Source: Candidatus Methylomirabilota bacterium | Lineage (GTDB): Bacteria; Methylomirabilota; Methylomirabilia; Rokubacteriales; CSP1-6 | DNA: 64,000 nucleotides | Assembly (NCBI GenBank): GCA_046726415.1 | Contig: JBKPAK010000024.1 | Span: 23,605-87,604, forward strand | Direction of reading: 5' to 3' | Shown: positions 44,490-55,426 of the stretch, piece by piece | Position numbering within the stretch: the stretch's first letter is position 1 | How the letters are laid out: each line of letters starts with the position of its first letter | Program-made: the position numbers and the translations under genes | Notes under the pieces: model-generated | What the model saw: the letters and a program-made list of their open reading frames with translations, nothing else | Database searches by the model: none | Told to the model about the DNA's origin: nothing

Positions 44490-46934
44490 ATGGCAGCGGG
44501 CCTGCCCTCCCACGCGCGAGTCGTGGTGATCGGTGGCGGCATCGTCGGCTGCAGTGTGGCGTATCACCTGACCAAGCTCGGCTGGACCGACGTCGTGCTG
44601 CTCGAGCGACGGGATCTCTCGTGTGGGACGACGTGGCACGCGGCCGGACTCGTGGGCCAGCTTCGCGCGACCCACAACCTGACCCGCCTCGCCAAGTACG
44701 GCGCCGATCTCTACGAGCGCCTCGAGGCAGAGACCGGGCAGGCGACGGGGTTCCGGCGCCCGGGGAGCGTCAGCGTGGCCCGCACGCCGGAGCGGATGCA
44801 CGAGCTGAAGCGGGGAGCATCCATGGCACGCTGCTTCGGCGTCGATGTCGACGTCATCACCCCCAGGGAGGCCGGGCGCCGCTGGCCCTTGATGCGGACG
44901 GATGATCTGGTGGGGGCATTGTGGCTTCCGCGAGACGGACGCACGAATCCCATCGACACGACCCGCGCCCTCGCGCGAGGGGCCCAGCAGAACGGCGCGA
45001 CCATCCACGAGGACACCGCGGTCATTGGCATCCACCGGCGCAACGGCGCGGTGACCGGCGTCGCCACCACCAAGGGAGCTGTGAGCTGCGAGGCCATCGT
45101 GAACTGTGCGGGAATGTGGGCGCGCCGAGTGGGGCAGATGGCCGGCGTGGCCGTCCCCCTGCACGCCTCGGAGCACTTCTACATCGTCACCGATCCACTC
45201 CCCGGCGTGATCCCTGACTTGCCGGTCCTCCGCGACACCGACGGCTACATCTACGTGCGAGAGGAAGTGGGCGGCCTTCTGATGGGCGGCTTCGAGCCGG
45301 TGGCCAAGCCCTGGGGCATGGCCGGAATCCCCGACGATTTTGCCTTCTCGCTGCTCCCCGAAGACTGGGATCACTTCCAGGTTCTGATGGAGCAGGCGCT
45401 GGTGAGAATCCCGGCCCTCGCCTCGGCGCCCGTCCGCCGACACGTGAATGGGCCCGAGAGCTTCACTCCGGACGGGCGCTACATGCTCGGGGAGGCGCCC
45501 GAGTGCCGTAATTTCTTCGTCGCCGCCGGTTTCAACTCGATCGGCATCGCCTCCGCCGCCGGGGCCGGCCAGGCGGTGGCCGAGTGGATCGTGGGCGGCG
45601 AACCGCCCATGGATCTGTGGGACGTGGACATTCGTCGCTTCGCGCCCTTCCAGGCCAACCCGCGTTACCTGCGCGATCGAACCGTGGAGATGGTGGGCGC
45701 GCTCTACGCCATGCATTGGCCCTTCCGCCAGCCGGAGACCGCGCGGGGCATGCGCCATAGCCCGCTCCACGATCGGCTGGCCGGTCGGGGCGCGTGTTTC
45801 GGCGTGGTCATGGGCTGGGAACGCCCGAACTGGTACGCGCCGGCCGGGAGCGAGCCGGCCTACCGCTACAGTTACGCACGGCAGAATTGGTTCCCCTGCG
45901 CGGCCGAGGAACATCGAGCCGTACGCGAGGCCGTCGGCCTCTTCGATCAGTCGTCCTTCGCGAAGTTCAGGCTCGAGGGGCCCGACGCGACGGCGGTCCT
46001 CCAGACCCTCTGCGCCAACGACGTGGACGTCCCCCCCGGCCGGATCGTCTATACGGCAATGCTGAACCGGCGAGGGGGCATCGAGGGCGATCTCACGGTC
46101 ACGCGGATCGCCGAGGACGCCTACCTGATCGTCACTGCGGCGGCCGCTTCGACCCACAACGCCGACTGGATCCGCCGGCATCTGGGTGACGCGCGGGTCG
46201 CCCTCACCGACGTGACGTCGGCCTACGCGGTGCTGGGGGTGATGGGCCCGCGCGCTCGCGCTATCCTGGCGCGCCTGACGGATGCCGATCTCTCCAACTC
46301 CGCGTTCCCCTTTGGCGCCTCGCGGGAGATTTGGGTCGTCTCGGCGCCGATCCGGGCGACGCGCATCACCTATGTCGGCGAGCTCGGCTGGGAGCTCTAC
46401 ATCCCCGCTGAGTTCTCACCCGGTGTCTACGACGCGATCGTGGCCGCCGGAGAGGCCTTCGGGCTTCGCCACGCGGGGTATCACGCCATGGATTCTCTGC
46501 GCATGGAGAAGGCATACCGGTCGTGGGGTCACGACCTCGGCTGCGAGGACACGCCGCTGGAGGCCGGGCTTGATTTCGCGGTGCGCTGGGACAAGAAGGT
46601 CGCGTTCATCGGCCGCGAGTCGCTCCTGGCCCAACGCGAGTCGCCGCGGCGCCGCCGTCTGGTCGTCTTCACGCTCGACAATCCCGAACCGCTTCTCTAC
46701 CACGACGAGCCGATCTGGCGGGACGGCGAGCTGGTGGGCCGTATTACCTCCGCCGCCTATGGCCACACGCTCGGGCGCGCGGTCGGGCTGGGGTACGTCG
46801 CCCATCCGGTCGGCGTCGACGACCGTTTCGTCGAGACCGGACGCTGGGAGCTGGAAATCGCCGGCGAGCGCCATGGTGCTCGCGCCGGGCTCGCGCCACC
46901 ATATGACCCGAAGGCCCTGCGCGTTCGCGGCTAG
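44490..46934 (+). CDS. GcvT-family FAD-dependent dehydrogenase (dimethylglycine/sarcosine dehydrogenase-like)
   Basis: GGGIVG, GTTWHAAG, NGPESFTPD, GWERP, YVGELGWE, SLRMEK. Confidence 0.9.
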   Translation: MAAGLPSHARVVVIGGGIVGCSVAYHLTKLGWTDVVLLERRDLSCGTTWHAAGLVGQLRATHNLTRLAKYGADLYERLEAETGQATGFRRPGSVSVARTPERMHELKRGASMARCFGVDVDVITPREAGRRWPLMRTDDLVGALWLPRDGRTNPIDTTRALARGAQQNGATIHEDTAVIGIHRRNGAVTGVATTKGAVSCEAIVNCAGMWARRVGQMAGVAVPLHASEHFYIVTDPLPGVIPDLPVLRDTDGYIYVREEVGGLLMGGFEPVAKPWGMAGIPDDFAFSLLPEDWDHFQVLMEQALVRIPALASAPVRRHVNGPESFTPDGRYMLGEAPECRNFFVAAGFNSIGIASAAGAGQAVAEWIVGGEPPMDLWDVDIRRFAPFQANPRYLRDRTVEMVGALYAMHWPFRQPETARGMRHSPLHDRLAGRGACFGVVMGWERPNWYAPAGSEPAYRYSYARQNWFPCAAEEHRAVREAVGLFDQSSFAKFRLEGPDATAVLQTLCANDVDVPPGRIVYTAMLNRRGGIEGDLTVTRIAEDAYLIVTAAAASTHNADWIRRHLGDARVALTDVTSAYAVLGVMGPRARAILARLTDADLSNSAFPFGASREIWVVSAPIRATRITYVGELGWELYIPAEFSPGVYDAIVAAGEAFGLRHAGYHAMDSLRMEKAYRSWGHDLGCEDTPLEAGLDFAVRWDKKVAFIGRESLLAQRESPRRRRLVVFTLDNPEPLLYHDEPIWRDGELVGRITSAAYGHTLGRAVGLGYVAHPVGVDDRFVETGRWELEIAGERHGARAGLAPPYDPKALRVRG

Positions 46935-47253
46935 CCATCTCGCTGCCGCGTTGAGACCTCCGTCCCGTTCGGCTGCCGACCGCGATGCCCTCGTGACAGT
47001 GCCCTGCTTATTTCCTGCGCAGCGCGGCGATGGATGCGTCTGCAGCGCAGTCCCTGCCCGGAATATCTGCGCAAAGGCCCTGAATCCAGGGGACACATGA
47101 GCATGGAGAAATTGGTGCCGAGGCCTGCCCTCCCGAGGCGGTCGCGCGCGTCCGGCCGGGCAGCGCGCCCGGTCACTCCGAGTTGCGGCCAGCGGAGTCG
47201 TTAGGGTAAAAGCCACATAGAGGTTGTTGACCACGCGTGGATCCTTTGGCGCC

Positions 47254-48048
47254 ATGACCAACCCAATCGAGGCCTCGGCCGCGGAGCGGCTGTCGGTTGG
47301 AGGACTGCCGCTGGAGGTGGTTCGCCGAGGCGCGGGTCGGCCACTGCTGCTCCTGCACGGCCTGCAGAACGTCGACCCCGGGGGGCGCTTTCTCGATCTG
47401 CTCGGCCGGCACGCCGAAATCATCGCCCCGTCGCATCCCGGCTTTGGCTTCTCGGCGCGCCCCGCGGATTTCGAGACCGTGTACGACCTCGTGCATCTCT
47501 ATCTGGAGCTGCTCGAGGCCCTGCCCTACGCGAAGGTGACGCTGGTGGGATTGTCCTTCGGCGGTTGGCTTGCCGCGGAGGTCGCGGCGAAGTGCAGTCA
47601 CCGCCTGGATCGACTCGTTCTCGTCGACGCGCTCGGCATCAAGATCAGCGATCGCGAGACTCCGGACATCCTGGACATCTTCAACACATCACCCGCGGAG
47701 GTACAGCGGCGGAGCTGGCACGATCCCGGACAGTGGGCGCCGGACTTCAACGCGATGTCCGACCATGAGCTGGTGGTCCGCGCCCGGAACTGGGAAGCCC
47801 TGTGCCTGTATGGCTGGCATCCCTACATGTACAATCCTCAGCTGAAGCGCTGGCTTCGCCGGATCACCGCGCCGACCCTCGTGCTCTGGGGTGCCAGTGA
47901 CGGGATCGTCAAGCCCTCGTACGGACGGGCCTACAGCGCGTTGATCCCCCGTTCGCGCTTCGAGCTCATCGAGCAGGCGGGACACCACCCGGAGATCGAG
48001 CAGCCCGAGGCGTTCGTCGATCGCATCGCAGCGTTCCTCAACGAATAG
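47254..48048 (+). CDS. Alpha/beta hydrolase
   Basis: LLHG, HPGFG, GLSFGG, WGASD, GHHP. Confidence 0.88.
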   Translation: MTNPIEASAAERLSVGGLPLEVVRRGAGRPLLLLHGLQNVDPGGRFLDLLGRHAEIIAPSHPGFGFSARPADFETVYDLVHLYLELLEALPYAKVTLVGLSFGGWLAAEVAAKCSHRLDRLVLVDALGIKISDRETPDILDIFNTSPAEVQRRSWHDPGQWAPDFNAMSDHELVVRARNWEALCLYGWHPYMYNPQLKRWLRRITAPTLVLWGASDGIVKPSYGRAYSALIPRSRFELIEQAGHHPEIEQPEAFVDRIAAFLNE

Positions 48049-48060
48049 GAAGACGCCGGC

Positions 48061-49308
48061 ATGGACGTGTGGTTTCACAACGAGAACCCGTACCCCTTCG
48101 TGCCACAGGAAATCCTCGACCGTGCGGACTCGGTCCGGGCCAGCCTGCCGAACAAGTACTGCGATCCGAAGATCGCGGCGGACCTGTTCGAGGAGGTCCT
48201 CGACGAGTTCATGCTCTGCGATGATCTGGGGCTGAACGTCGTGGCCATCGAGCATCACGCCGGAATCAACTCGCTGTTTGGAGCCAACCCCCTGATTCTT
48301 GGCATCCTGGCTCGTCAGATGCGAAAGGCGCGGATTCTGAGCCTCGGAACGCTCATCTCCCTGCGGCCGGACCCGGTGCGAGTCGCCGAGGAGTACGCCA
48401 CGGCGGACGTCATCTGCCGCGGCCGGCTGGAGATCGGCTTCGTCAAGTCGGGCGGCAGCGAGATGGCCTCCAACAACGCCAATCCCGTCAACAACATCGA
48501 GCGATACTGGGAGGCGATCGACCTGGTCACCAAGGCCCTCACGCACCAGCAGGGGCCGTTCAGCTGGGAAGGCAAGCACTACGCGCACCGGCACGTCAAC
48601 ATCTGGCCCCGCCCGTGGCAGCAGCCGCATCCGCGGATGTGGGCCGCCACCGGCGATCCGGACACGGCCAATGAGGTCGGCCGGCGCGGCATGGTCAACG
48701 TCCTGGTCCTGCGCGGCCCGGAGGGGACGAAGCGCGCGTGGGCCGCGTATCGCCAGGCGCGCGTGGAGGCCGGTCTTCCCGCGGTCAGCTCCGACCACTT
48801 CGGATATGCGGCCCTCCTCTATGTCGGCGACACGCACGAGGAAGGCGTCCGCGTCGGCTCGAAGCTCTTGTGGTTCCTCAACACCAGCCTCAAGTCGGCG
48901 CCGCAGTACGGGAGGTTCCTCCCCGGCACCGTGCCGCCGCAGCTCGCACCGCAGGTCTATCGCACCGCTCCGAGACCGGGCCGCGATGCCAACGGCCCGG
49001 CCGGCGCCAAGGCCGCGGTGTCGGCGCCCCCCGGGAAGTCCGTCGCCTCGGCCAGCCAGAACGCGGCGACGCTCATCGGCTTGACGGCGGAGCAGGCGAT
49101 GGAGCGGGGAATCCTGTTCGCCGGCAGTCCCGATACGGTCTACCGGCAGATCATGGCGTTCGCCGACAAGGTCGGTCCTTTTGGCCATCTGGTGATGGTC
49201 GGGCGGTCCGGGTTCATGACGCATGCAGAGACCGAGAAGGGCATCCGGCTGTTCTCGAACGAAGTGCTGCCGCGGCTGAAAGAGATCGCGCCCGTCACCG
49301 TGGGCTGA
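48061..49308 (+). CDS. LLM-class flavin-dependent oxidoreductase
   Basis: IEHH, PVRVAEEYA, GRLEIGF, PRPWQQPHP, GSPDTV, LFSNEVLP. Confidence 0.9.
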   Translation: MDVWFHNENPYPFVPQEILDRADSVRASLPNKYCDPKIAADLFEEVLDEFMLCDDLGLNVVAIEHHAGINSLFGANPLILGILARQMRKARILSLGTLISLRPDPVRVAEEYATADVICRGRLEIGFVKSGGSEMASNNANPVNNIERYWEAIDLVTKALTHQQGPFSWEGKHYAHRHVNIWPRPWQQPHPRMWAATGDPDTANEVGRRGMVNVLVLRGPEGTKRAWAAYRQARVEAGLPAVSSDHFGYAALLYVGDTHEEGVRVGSKLLWFLNTSLKSAPQYGRFLPGTVPPQLAPQVYRTAPRPGRDANGPAGAKAAVSAPPGKSVASASQNAATLIGLTAEQAMERGILFAGSPDTVYRQIMAFADKVGPFGHLVMVGRSGFMTHAETEKGIRLFSNEVLPRLKEIAPVTVG

Positions 49309-49331
49309 GTGCTCTCGGGCGAGCCCGCCGC

Positions 49332-50018
49332 CTATCTTCGCGCCGGCCGTGGACCGACGAGCGACACACTGCGGCCGAATTCGCTCGGCGCCGCACACAG
49401 CGCGTCCGGCCCGGCGCCGACCAGTTCCTCTTCGGACCCGTAGCCCCACAGCACGGCGATCGACCGCAGGCCGTTCGTTCGAGCGGCGATGACGTCGATA
49501 GCCCGGTCGCCGACCATGATCGCGGTTTCGGGGTGGACCTGCTCGGTCGTCAGCAGATGGGCGAGCAGCTCCGTCTTGTGGTCGAATCGCCCACCGAGCT
49601 CGGCACCGTACACCCCGGCGAAATACTCATCGAGCCCGAAGTGCTTCACGATGCGGTCGGCGTACACGGCGGGTTTGGAGGTCGCGACGAAGAGGGCGCA
49701 TGCCGCACCCCTCGCGGTCTCCAGCATCTCGAGGACGCCATCGTAGACCTCGTTCTCGTAGAGCCCGGTCTCCGCATAGCGCTGGCGATACAGGGTCATG
49801 GCCTCCTCGATCACGTCCCTGTCCGCCGTCTCCAGCAGGGTGCCGAACGTTCTCCGCAGGGGCGGCCCGATGAACGACACGAGCACCTCGTCGGCCGGAC
49901 ACGGTCTGGCCAGCCGGTCGAGGGCGTACCGAATGGACCGGACCATGCCCACGCCCGGATCGGTCAAGGTTCCATCGAGGTCGAAGAGCAACACGACTGG
50001 CCCCCCGCCGCCAGGCAC
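49332..50018 (-). CDS. HAD-superfamily phosphatase
   Basis: FDLDGTLTD, FIGPPL, VATSK, MVGDR..D, WGYG. Confidence 0.9.
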   Translation of the reverse strand: MPGGGGPVVLLFDLDGTLTDPGVGMVRSIRYALDRLARPCPADEVLVSFIGPPLRRTFGTLLETADRDVIEEAMTLYRQRYAETGLYENEVYDGVLEMLETARGAACALFVATSKPAVYADRIVKHFGLDEYFAGVYGAELGGRFDHKTELLAHLLTTEQVHPETAIMVGDRAIDVIAARTNGLRSIAVLWGYGSEEELVGAGPDALCAAPSEFGRSVSLVGPRPARR

Positions 50019-50036
50019 GGTCTCCTCCCCTCGCCC

Positions 50037-51080
50037 TCAGGCGAAGGCGAAAGCGCGCGCGGGATTCTCGACCAGGAGGCGTCGGAGCCCGCTGTCGTCA
50101 AGACCTTTGCGCCGAAGGCGGGGAACCACGTTGACCAGGAGATGGTGGTAGCCGTACCCGCCGTACTTCACCAGCGAGTGCTTGTAGGCAATGTCGTGCG
50201 ACAGGAGGATCTGATCGCGGTGCCCCGCCTCCAAGAGGGCGAGGACGTGGGCGATGCGCCCACCATCGTTGGGCATGTCGAAGGCGGGGTTGTAGGGGTA
50301 GTGCGACGTCTCCAGGCCGAAGAGGTCGTACTCCAACCAGATCCCCGTCTGCGCGAGATCGATCACCGAGCGGGCGTCGGCGATGGTGCGGTCGATGTGG
50401 CACACGATCGTGCGGCGAAGGTCGCCGCCGTGCTTGTCCACGAACTGGGCGATCTCCATGGGCGCGCCCGGGTCGCGGCCGGGGTGGATCATGAGCGGCG
50501 CGCCGGTCTCCTGCTGGGCGATCACCGCCGCGCGCACCACCTTCCTCTCGTTGTCCGTCCACGGCCACGTGCAGCCGATCTCTCCGATGAGCCCGGAGCG
50601 GATCCCCGTGTCGCCGACGCCCGCGGTGACGTCGCGGACCATCTCGCGGGCGAGGTCGTCGACCGTGCGCCCACTCATGTCGGGTGGGTGCGCGGCGGCC
50701 ACGTAGTATCCCGCCCCCATCACGATGTTGAGGCCCGTACTCCGCGCGATGCGGGCGAGGGCCAGCGGATCGCGGCCGAGGCTTCCGTTGGTGGGGTCGA
50801 CGACGGTCTGGCCGCCGGCGTGCTTGAAGAGCAGGATCTCGTCCTCCGCCACGCGCTCGTCGAGCAAGCGGAGATTGTCCAGGTTCGAGTTGAAGTTCTG
50901 GCGGACCCAGCCGAGATTCTCGAGGCTCACCGGCTCCCCGGCGCGCCCCTTATCGCTCGCGGCCGCTGGCTCGACGAACATCACCTTGAAGTCAATGAGG
51001 AGATGCTCGTGGGGAAGCGCAATCCCCATGGCCTCGGGCGGGATAGGGCCGAGCACCGTCTGGATCTGTCCGGAGGCCAT
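50037..51080 (-). CDS. Phosphotriesterase-related amidohydrolase
   Basis: QTVLGP, HEHLL, GEIG, IHPGR, CHIDR, SHD, YGGYGY. Confidence 0.9.
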   Translation of the reverse strand: MASGQIQTVLGPIPPEAMGIALPHEHLLIDFKVMFVEPAAASDKGRAGEPVSLENLGWVRQNFNSNLDNLRLLDERVAEDEILLFKHAGGQTVVDPTNGSLGRDPLALARIARSTGLNIVMGAGYYVAAAHPPDMSGRTVDDLAREMVRDVTAGVGDTGIRSGLIGEIGCTWPWTDNERKVVRAAVIAQQETGAPLMIHPGRDPGAPMEIAQFVDKHGGDLRRTIVCHIDRTIADARSVIDLAQTGIWLEYDLFGLETSHYPYNPAFDMPNDGGRIAHVLALLEAGHRDQILLSHDIAYKHSLVKYGGYGYHHLLVNVVPRLRRKGLDDSGLRRLLVENPARAFAFA

Positions 51081-51146
51081 TGGGGGCATACTGACGCGCG
51101 GATTATACTCGGCCGCACCGCATCCGTTCGACCCGAGGAGGAACCG

Positions 51147-52880
51147 ATGCCGCTCCAGCCCATGATCACCGGCGCGCGCCACATGATCTCCGCCGGCCAC
51201 TACCTCGCCACCGAGGCCGGTCACGCCGTGCTCCAGGCCGGTGGAAATGCCGTGGATGCCGGCGTCGCCGCCGGCATCGCGCTGGGCGTGGTGCACAGCG
51301 ATCAGGTGCAGTTCTCCGGGGTGGCGCCCATGATCATCTATCTGGCGGACCGCGACGAGGTGATCACGATCAGCGGCCTGGGCGGGTGGCCGAAGGCCGC
51401 GCGACTGGAGACATTCGTCGAGGATTATGGCGGCGCGATCCCGAAGAGCCTCCTCCGCACGGTGGTGCCCGCCGCCCCCGACGCCTGGATTCTCGCGCTG
51501 GAGCGATTCGGCACCTTGAGCTTCGGCGATGTGGCGGCCGCCGCTATCCGCTGCGCGCGCGAGGGCTTCACCATGCATCCGGTGATGGCCCACTACATCG
51601 CCAAGAATGCCGAGACCTATCGCCAGTGGCCGCAGAACGCCGCCATCTACCTGCCGGGTGGCAATCCGCCGTCCGAGGGCCAGCTGTTCGTGCAGGCCGA
51701 CCTCGCCCGATCGCTCCAGTTCATGGTCGATGAGGAGCGCGCGGCCAGCCGCCGTGGGCGCGCGGCCGGCCTGGCCGCGGCGCGCGACGCCTTCTATCGA
51801 GGCGACCTGGCGGCGGCTATGGTGGGCTACCATCGAGAAAATGGAGGCTGGCTCACCGCCGACGATCTCACCGCGTACCGGTCGGAGATCGAGCCGCCCC
51901 AGCGCACGACGTTCCACGGCACCGACGTGCTGAGCTGCGGCCCGTGGTGTCAGGGGCCGGTGCTGCTCCAGATGCTGTCCGTGCTCGAGGGCTACGATCT
52001 CAAGGCGCTCGGTCACAACACACCGGCGTACGTCCATCTCGTCACCGAGGCCATGAAGCTCTGCTTCGCCGACCGCGAGCGCTACTACGGCGATCCCCGC
52101 TTCGTCCGCGTGCCGATGGAGGCTCTGCTCTCTCCGGCATACGCGGCCGAGCGACGGCAGCTCATCCGCGCGGACAACGCCTGGCCCGAGATGCCGCCCG
52201 CTGGCCGCGTGGCCGGCTTCGAACGTGCGCCGGCCGTGGCCCCGGCTCGGCGTGCGGAGCCCTCGACCGCCGCGGCGGGAAGCCCCGGCCTCTCGGGAGA
52301 TACCTCGTACGTGTGCGTGGTGGATCGCCATGGCAATGTGTTGTCGGCCACCCCCAGCGACGCCTCCTGGGAGAGTCCCGTGATTCCCGGCCTCGGCTTC
52401 TGTCCGTCGTCGCGGGGGTCTCAGTCGTGGGCGGTGCCCGGACATCCCTCGTGCGTGGTGCCCGGCAAGCGGCCACGCCTCACGCCCAACCCGGCATTGG
52501 CCATCCGCCCGGGGAAGCTGCTCATGCCGCTCGGCGCGCCGGGGGGCGACCTTCAGCCCCAGGGGATCTTGCAGGTGTTCCTGAATCACGCGGTGTTCGG
52601 CATGAGCATCCAGGACGCGATCGACGCCCCGCGGTTCGTGACCCACAGCTTCCCGGGAAGCTTCGAACCTCATCCGTACTATCCCGGCCGTCTCGACGTC
52701 GAGCGCGGCATCGGCGCCGCTGCGGGTGAAGCCCTGGCCGCGCTGGGCCACCAGGTCGAATGGCAGCCGGACCTCTCGATCAACACCGCCGGCGTATGCG
52801 CGATCGTGGCCGACCGCGAGGCCGGCATCCTCTACGGTGGTGCCGACCCGCGCCGCGCTGCGCGCGCCATGGGGTGGTAG
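51147..52880 (+). CDS. Gamma-glutamyltransferase family (Ntn hydrolase)
   Basis: GGNAVDAG, FYRG, DTSYVCVVD (Thr nucleophile), PGKRP, PGGD, GADPRR. Confidence 0.9.
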   Translation: MPLQPMITGARHMISAGHYLATEAGHAVLQAGGNAVDAGVAAGIALGVVHSDQVQFSGVAPMIIYLADRDEVITISGLGGWPKAARLETFVEDYGGAIPKSLLRTVVPAAPDAWILALERFGTLSFGDVAAAAIRCAREGFTMHPVMAHYIAKNAETYRQWPQNAAIYLPGGNPPSEGQLFVQADLARSLQFMVDEERAASRRGRAAGLAAARDAFYRGDLAAAMVGYHRENGGWLTADDLTAYRSEIEPPQRTTFHGTDVLSCGPWCQGPVLLQMLSVLEGYDLKALGHNTPAYVHLVTEAMKLCFADRERYYGDPRFVRVPMEALLSPAYAAERRQLIRADNAWPEMPPAGRVAGFERAPAVAPARRAEPSTAAAGSPGLSGDTSYVCVVDRHGNVLSATPSDASWESPVIPGLGFCPSSRGSQSWAVPGHPSCVVPGKRPRLTPNPALAIRPGKLLMPLGAPGGDLQPQGILQVFLNHAVFGMSIQDAIDAPRFVTHSFPGSFEPHPYYPGRLDVERGIGAAAGEALAALGHQVEWQPDLSINTAGVCAIVADREAGILYGGADPRRAARAMGW

Positions 52881-52889
52881 TCGCACGCC

Positions 52890-54191
52890 ATGGACCTCGG
52901 CAGCGGGGGCGATCGCTTCGTCGTCGAGGGCGGATACGCGATCAGTGGGTCACTCGCCCCGAGCGGGAATAAGAACGAAGCGCTCCCACTGCTCGCCGCC
53001 TCGCTTCTGGCCTCCGCACCGGTCGGCCGCGAGAACGTTCCCCGCATTCGCGATGTCGAGGCCATGGTGGAGATCATCCGCCGCCTCGCCGTGCGGGCCG
53101 AGTTCGCGGACCACAGGGTCGAGATCGACGCGAGGCCCTTGCACGACTTTCGCGCCGATGCTCAGCTGGCCTCGGAGATCCGTGGCTCGTTCCTGCTGGC
53201 CGCGCCGCTGCTCGCGAGGCTTGGCCAGGCCGTGCTACCCCAGCCGGGCGGAGACAGGATCGGTCGGCGCCGTCTGGATACTCACCTGCTCGCCCTTCGC
53301 CAGCTTGGAGCCCGCGTCGTCCAGCGGGACGACGGCCACCACCTCGCGTTGAACGGCCGGTTCCGCGGGGCCGAGGTTTTTCTCGACGAGGCGAGCGTGA
53401 CGGCCACCGAGACCACGGTCATGGCAGCCGTCACCGCTGAGGGGACGAGTCGGATCTTCAACAGCGCTTCGGAACCGCACGTGCAAGGTCTGTGCCGCGC
53501 CCTCAATGCCATGGGCGCCAGCATCACCGGCATTGGCACGAACGTTCTGGAGATCGAGGGCGTCCCGGCACTCCGCGGCGCCCGCCATCGGATGTCGCCG
53601 GACCACATCGAGATTGGCTCTCTCATCGCCATCGCGGCGATGACCGGCGGGGAGCTTCGCCTGCTCGATGTCGTTCCCGACCATCTCCGGATGGTGAGGC
53701 TCGCCTTCGCGCGCCTTGGCGTGGAGACCCTGATCGACGGCACCGCGCTCATCGTCCCGGCGAGTCAGAAGCGCGTGATCGTACCCGACATCTCCGGGGC
53801 CATCCCGAAGGTGGACGACGCGCCCTGGCCGGGGTTTCCCGCCGACTTAACACCGCTCGCCCTCGTCCTCGCCACGCAGTGTGACGGCACCGTCCTGATC
53901 CACGAGAAGCTCTTCGAGAGCCGGCTGTTCTTCGTCGACAGCGTGATCGCTATGGGGGGCCGGGTGGTCCTCTGCGACCCGCACCGCGCCCTCGTCATTG
54001 GCCCCAGTCGGCTGCATGGGGCCGCGATCGTGTCGCCCGACATTCGCGCTGGCATGGCCCTCATTGCCGCCGCGCTGTGTGCCGAGGGTCGATCCCTCAT
54101 CAACAACGCGTGGCAGGTCGACCGCGGGTACGAGCGGATCGACGAACGCCTGCGGGCCCTCGGAGCGCGGATCGCACGCGAGCATGGATAG
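52890..54191 (+). CDS. murA: UDP-N-acetylglucosamine 1-carboxyvinyltransferase (Asp-type)
   Basis: [48 protein letters not shown]. Confidence 0.93.
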   Translation: MDLGSGGDRFVVEGGYAISGSLAPSGNKNEALPLLAASLLASAPVGRENVPRIRDVEAMVEIIRRLAVRAEFADHRVEIDARPLHDFRADAQLASEIRGSFLLAAPLLARLGQAVLPQPGGDRIGRRRLDTHLLALRQLGARVVQRDDGHHLALNGRFRGAEVFLDEASVTATETTVMAAVTAEGTSRIFNSASEPHVQGLCRALNAMGASITGIGTNVLEIEGVPALRGARHRMSPDHIEIGSLIAIAAMTGGELRLLDVVPDHLRMVRLAFARLGVETLIDGTALIVPASQKRVIVPDISGAIPKVDDAPWPGFPADLTPLALVLATQCDGTVLIHEKLFESRLFFVDSVIAMGGRVVLCDPHRALVIGPSRLHGAAIVSPDIRAGMALIAAALCAEGRSLINNAWQVDRGYERIDERLRALGARIAREHG

Positions 54192-54247
54192 CACTTCCTT
54201 CCGGCGAGGGGAGCCCCACCGCCGGAGCGGCCCGTTTCGTGGTCAGG

Positions 54248-55417
54248 TCACCGGTGAGCGGTGGCCCGCGCACGCACCCGGTCCACCGCGGTGGGCAGCA
54301 GCTCCACCACGCGATCGATCTCGTCACCGGTGGTCGGCGCCCCCAGGGTGAGCCGCAGCGCCGTGTGGGCCAGTTCCGGATCGCGGCCGATCGCCAGCAG
54401 CACGTGGGAGGGATCTTGCGAGCCGGCGTGGCAGGCGGAGCCGCTCGAGGCGTAGACATTTTCCATCTCCAGCTCGAGCAGGATCGCCTCGCCTTGCACG
54501 CCGCGGAAGCAGACGTTGGCGTTGCTGGGCAGGCGGCGCCAGCGGTCGCCATTCAGAAGCACGCCGGGCACGGCCCTTTGGATGCCCTCGATCAGGCGAT
54601 CCCGCAGTGCAGTCAGGCGGGCGCACGTGGCCAGCCGGTGGCCTTCGACCAGCTCGAGCGCAGCGCCGCAGGCGACGATTCCGGCCAGGTTTTCGGTGCC
54701 GGCCCGACGATGCCCCTCCTGATCGCCGCCGTGGATCAACGGCGCGAGCGGCGTGTCGCGTCTGACGTAGAGCACCCCAACGCCCTTGGGGGCGTAGAAC
54801 TTGTGGGCGGAAAGCGAGAGGAGATCGACACCGAGCCGATCGACATTCAGGTCGAGGAACCCGGCGGCCTGCACGGCGTCGGTGTGGGTGAAGACGCCAC
54901 GCTTCCTGGCCAGCCGCGCGATCTCGGCGACCGGCTGAATGGTCCCGATTTCATTGTTGGCGAGCATGACACTGACGAGGAACGTGTCGCCCCGGATGGC
55001 CGCCGCCACCGCAGCGGGATCCACCATCCCGTGCTCGTCGACGGGCACGTAGGTCACCTCGACACCGAAGTGCTCCTCAAGATCGCGGGCTGCACCCAGC
55101 ACTGCGCTGTGTTCGATCGCCGTGGTGACGAGGTGGCGCTGGTCGCGTCGAGCGAGGGCCACGCCTTTGAGCGCGAGGTTGTCGCTCTCCGAGCCTCCGC
55201 TCGTGAACACGACTTCATCGTCGTGGCAGCCCAAGCTCGCGGCCACCTGGGCGCGCGCCTGGTCGCGCGCCTCGGCCGCGCGCCGGCCGAGCGAGTAGAG
55301 ATTCGAGGGGTTGCCGAATTCCTGGCGCAGATAGGGCTCCATGGCCTGGAGTACCCCGGGGTGCACGGGCGTGGTCGACGCGTAGTCGAGGTAGATCGGT
55401 CGAGTCGGTGTCGCCAT
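54248..55417 (-). CDS. Cysteine desulfurase (NifS/IscS type)
   Basis: YLDYASTTP, GNPS, ANNEIG, DAVQ, SAHKF, SSGSAC. Confidence 0.93.
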   Translation of the reverse strand: MATPTRPIYLDYASTTPVHPGVLQAMEPYLRQEFGNPSNLYSLGRRAAEARDQARAQVAASLGCHDDEVVFTSGGSESDNLALKGVALARRDQRHLVTTAIEHSAVLGAARDLEEHFGVEVTYVPVDEHGMVDPAAVAAAIRGDTFLVSVMLANNEIGTIQPVAEIARLARKRGVFTHTDAVQAAGFLDLNVDRLGVDLLSLSAHKFYAPKGVGVLYVRRDTPLAPLIHGGDQEGHRRAGTENLAGIVACGAALELVEGHRLATCARLTALRDRLIEGIQRAVPGVLLNGDRWRRLPSNANVCFRGVQGEAILLELEMENVYASSGSACHAGSQDPSHVLLAIGRDPELAHTALRLTLGAPTTGDEIDRVVELLPTAVDRVRARATAHR

Positions 55418-55426
55418 GTCGCGCCC

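Noticed and set aside
46935-47253. 320-bp intergenic region with short ORFs
   Set aside because: No recognisable protein motif, SD or convincing RNA structure; left unannotated.
48738-52886. 1380-aa and 949-aa ORFs suggesting large fusions
   Set aside because: Each is a real gene (GGT from 51147, PTE from ~51080) plus the antisense shadow of its neighbours.
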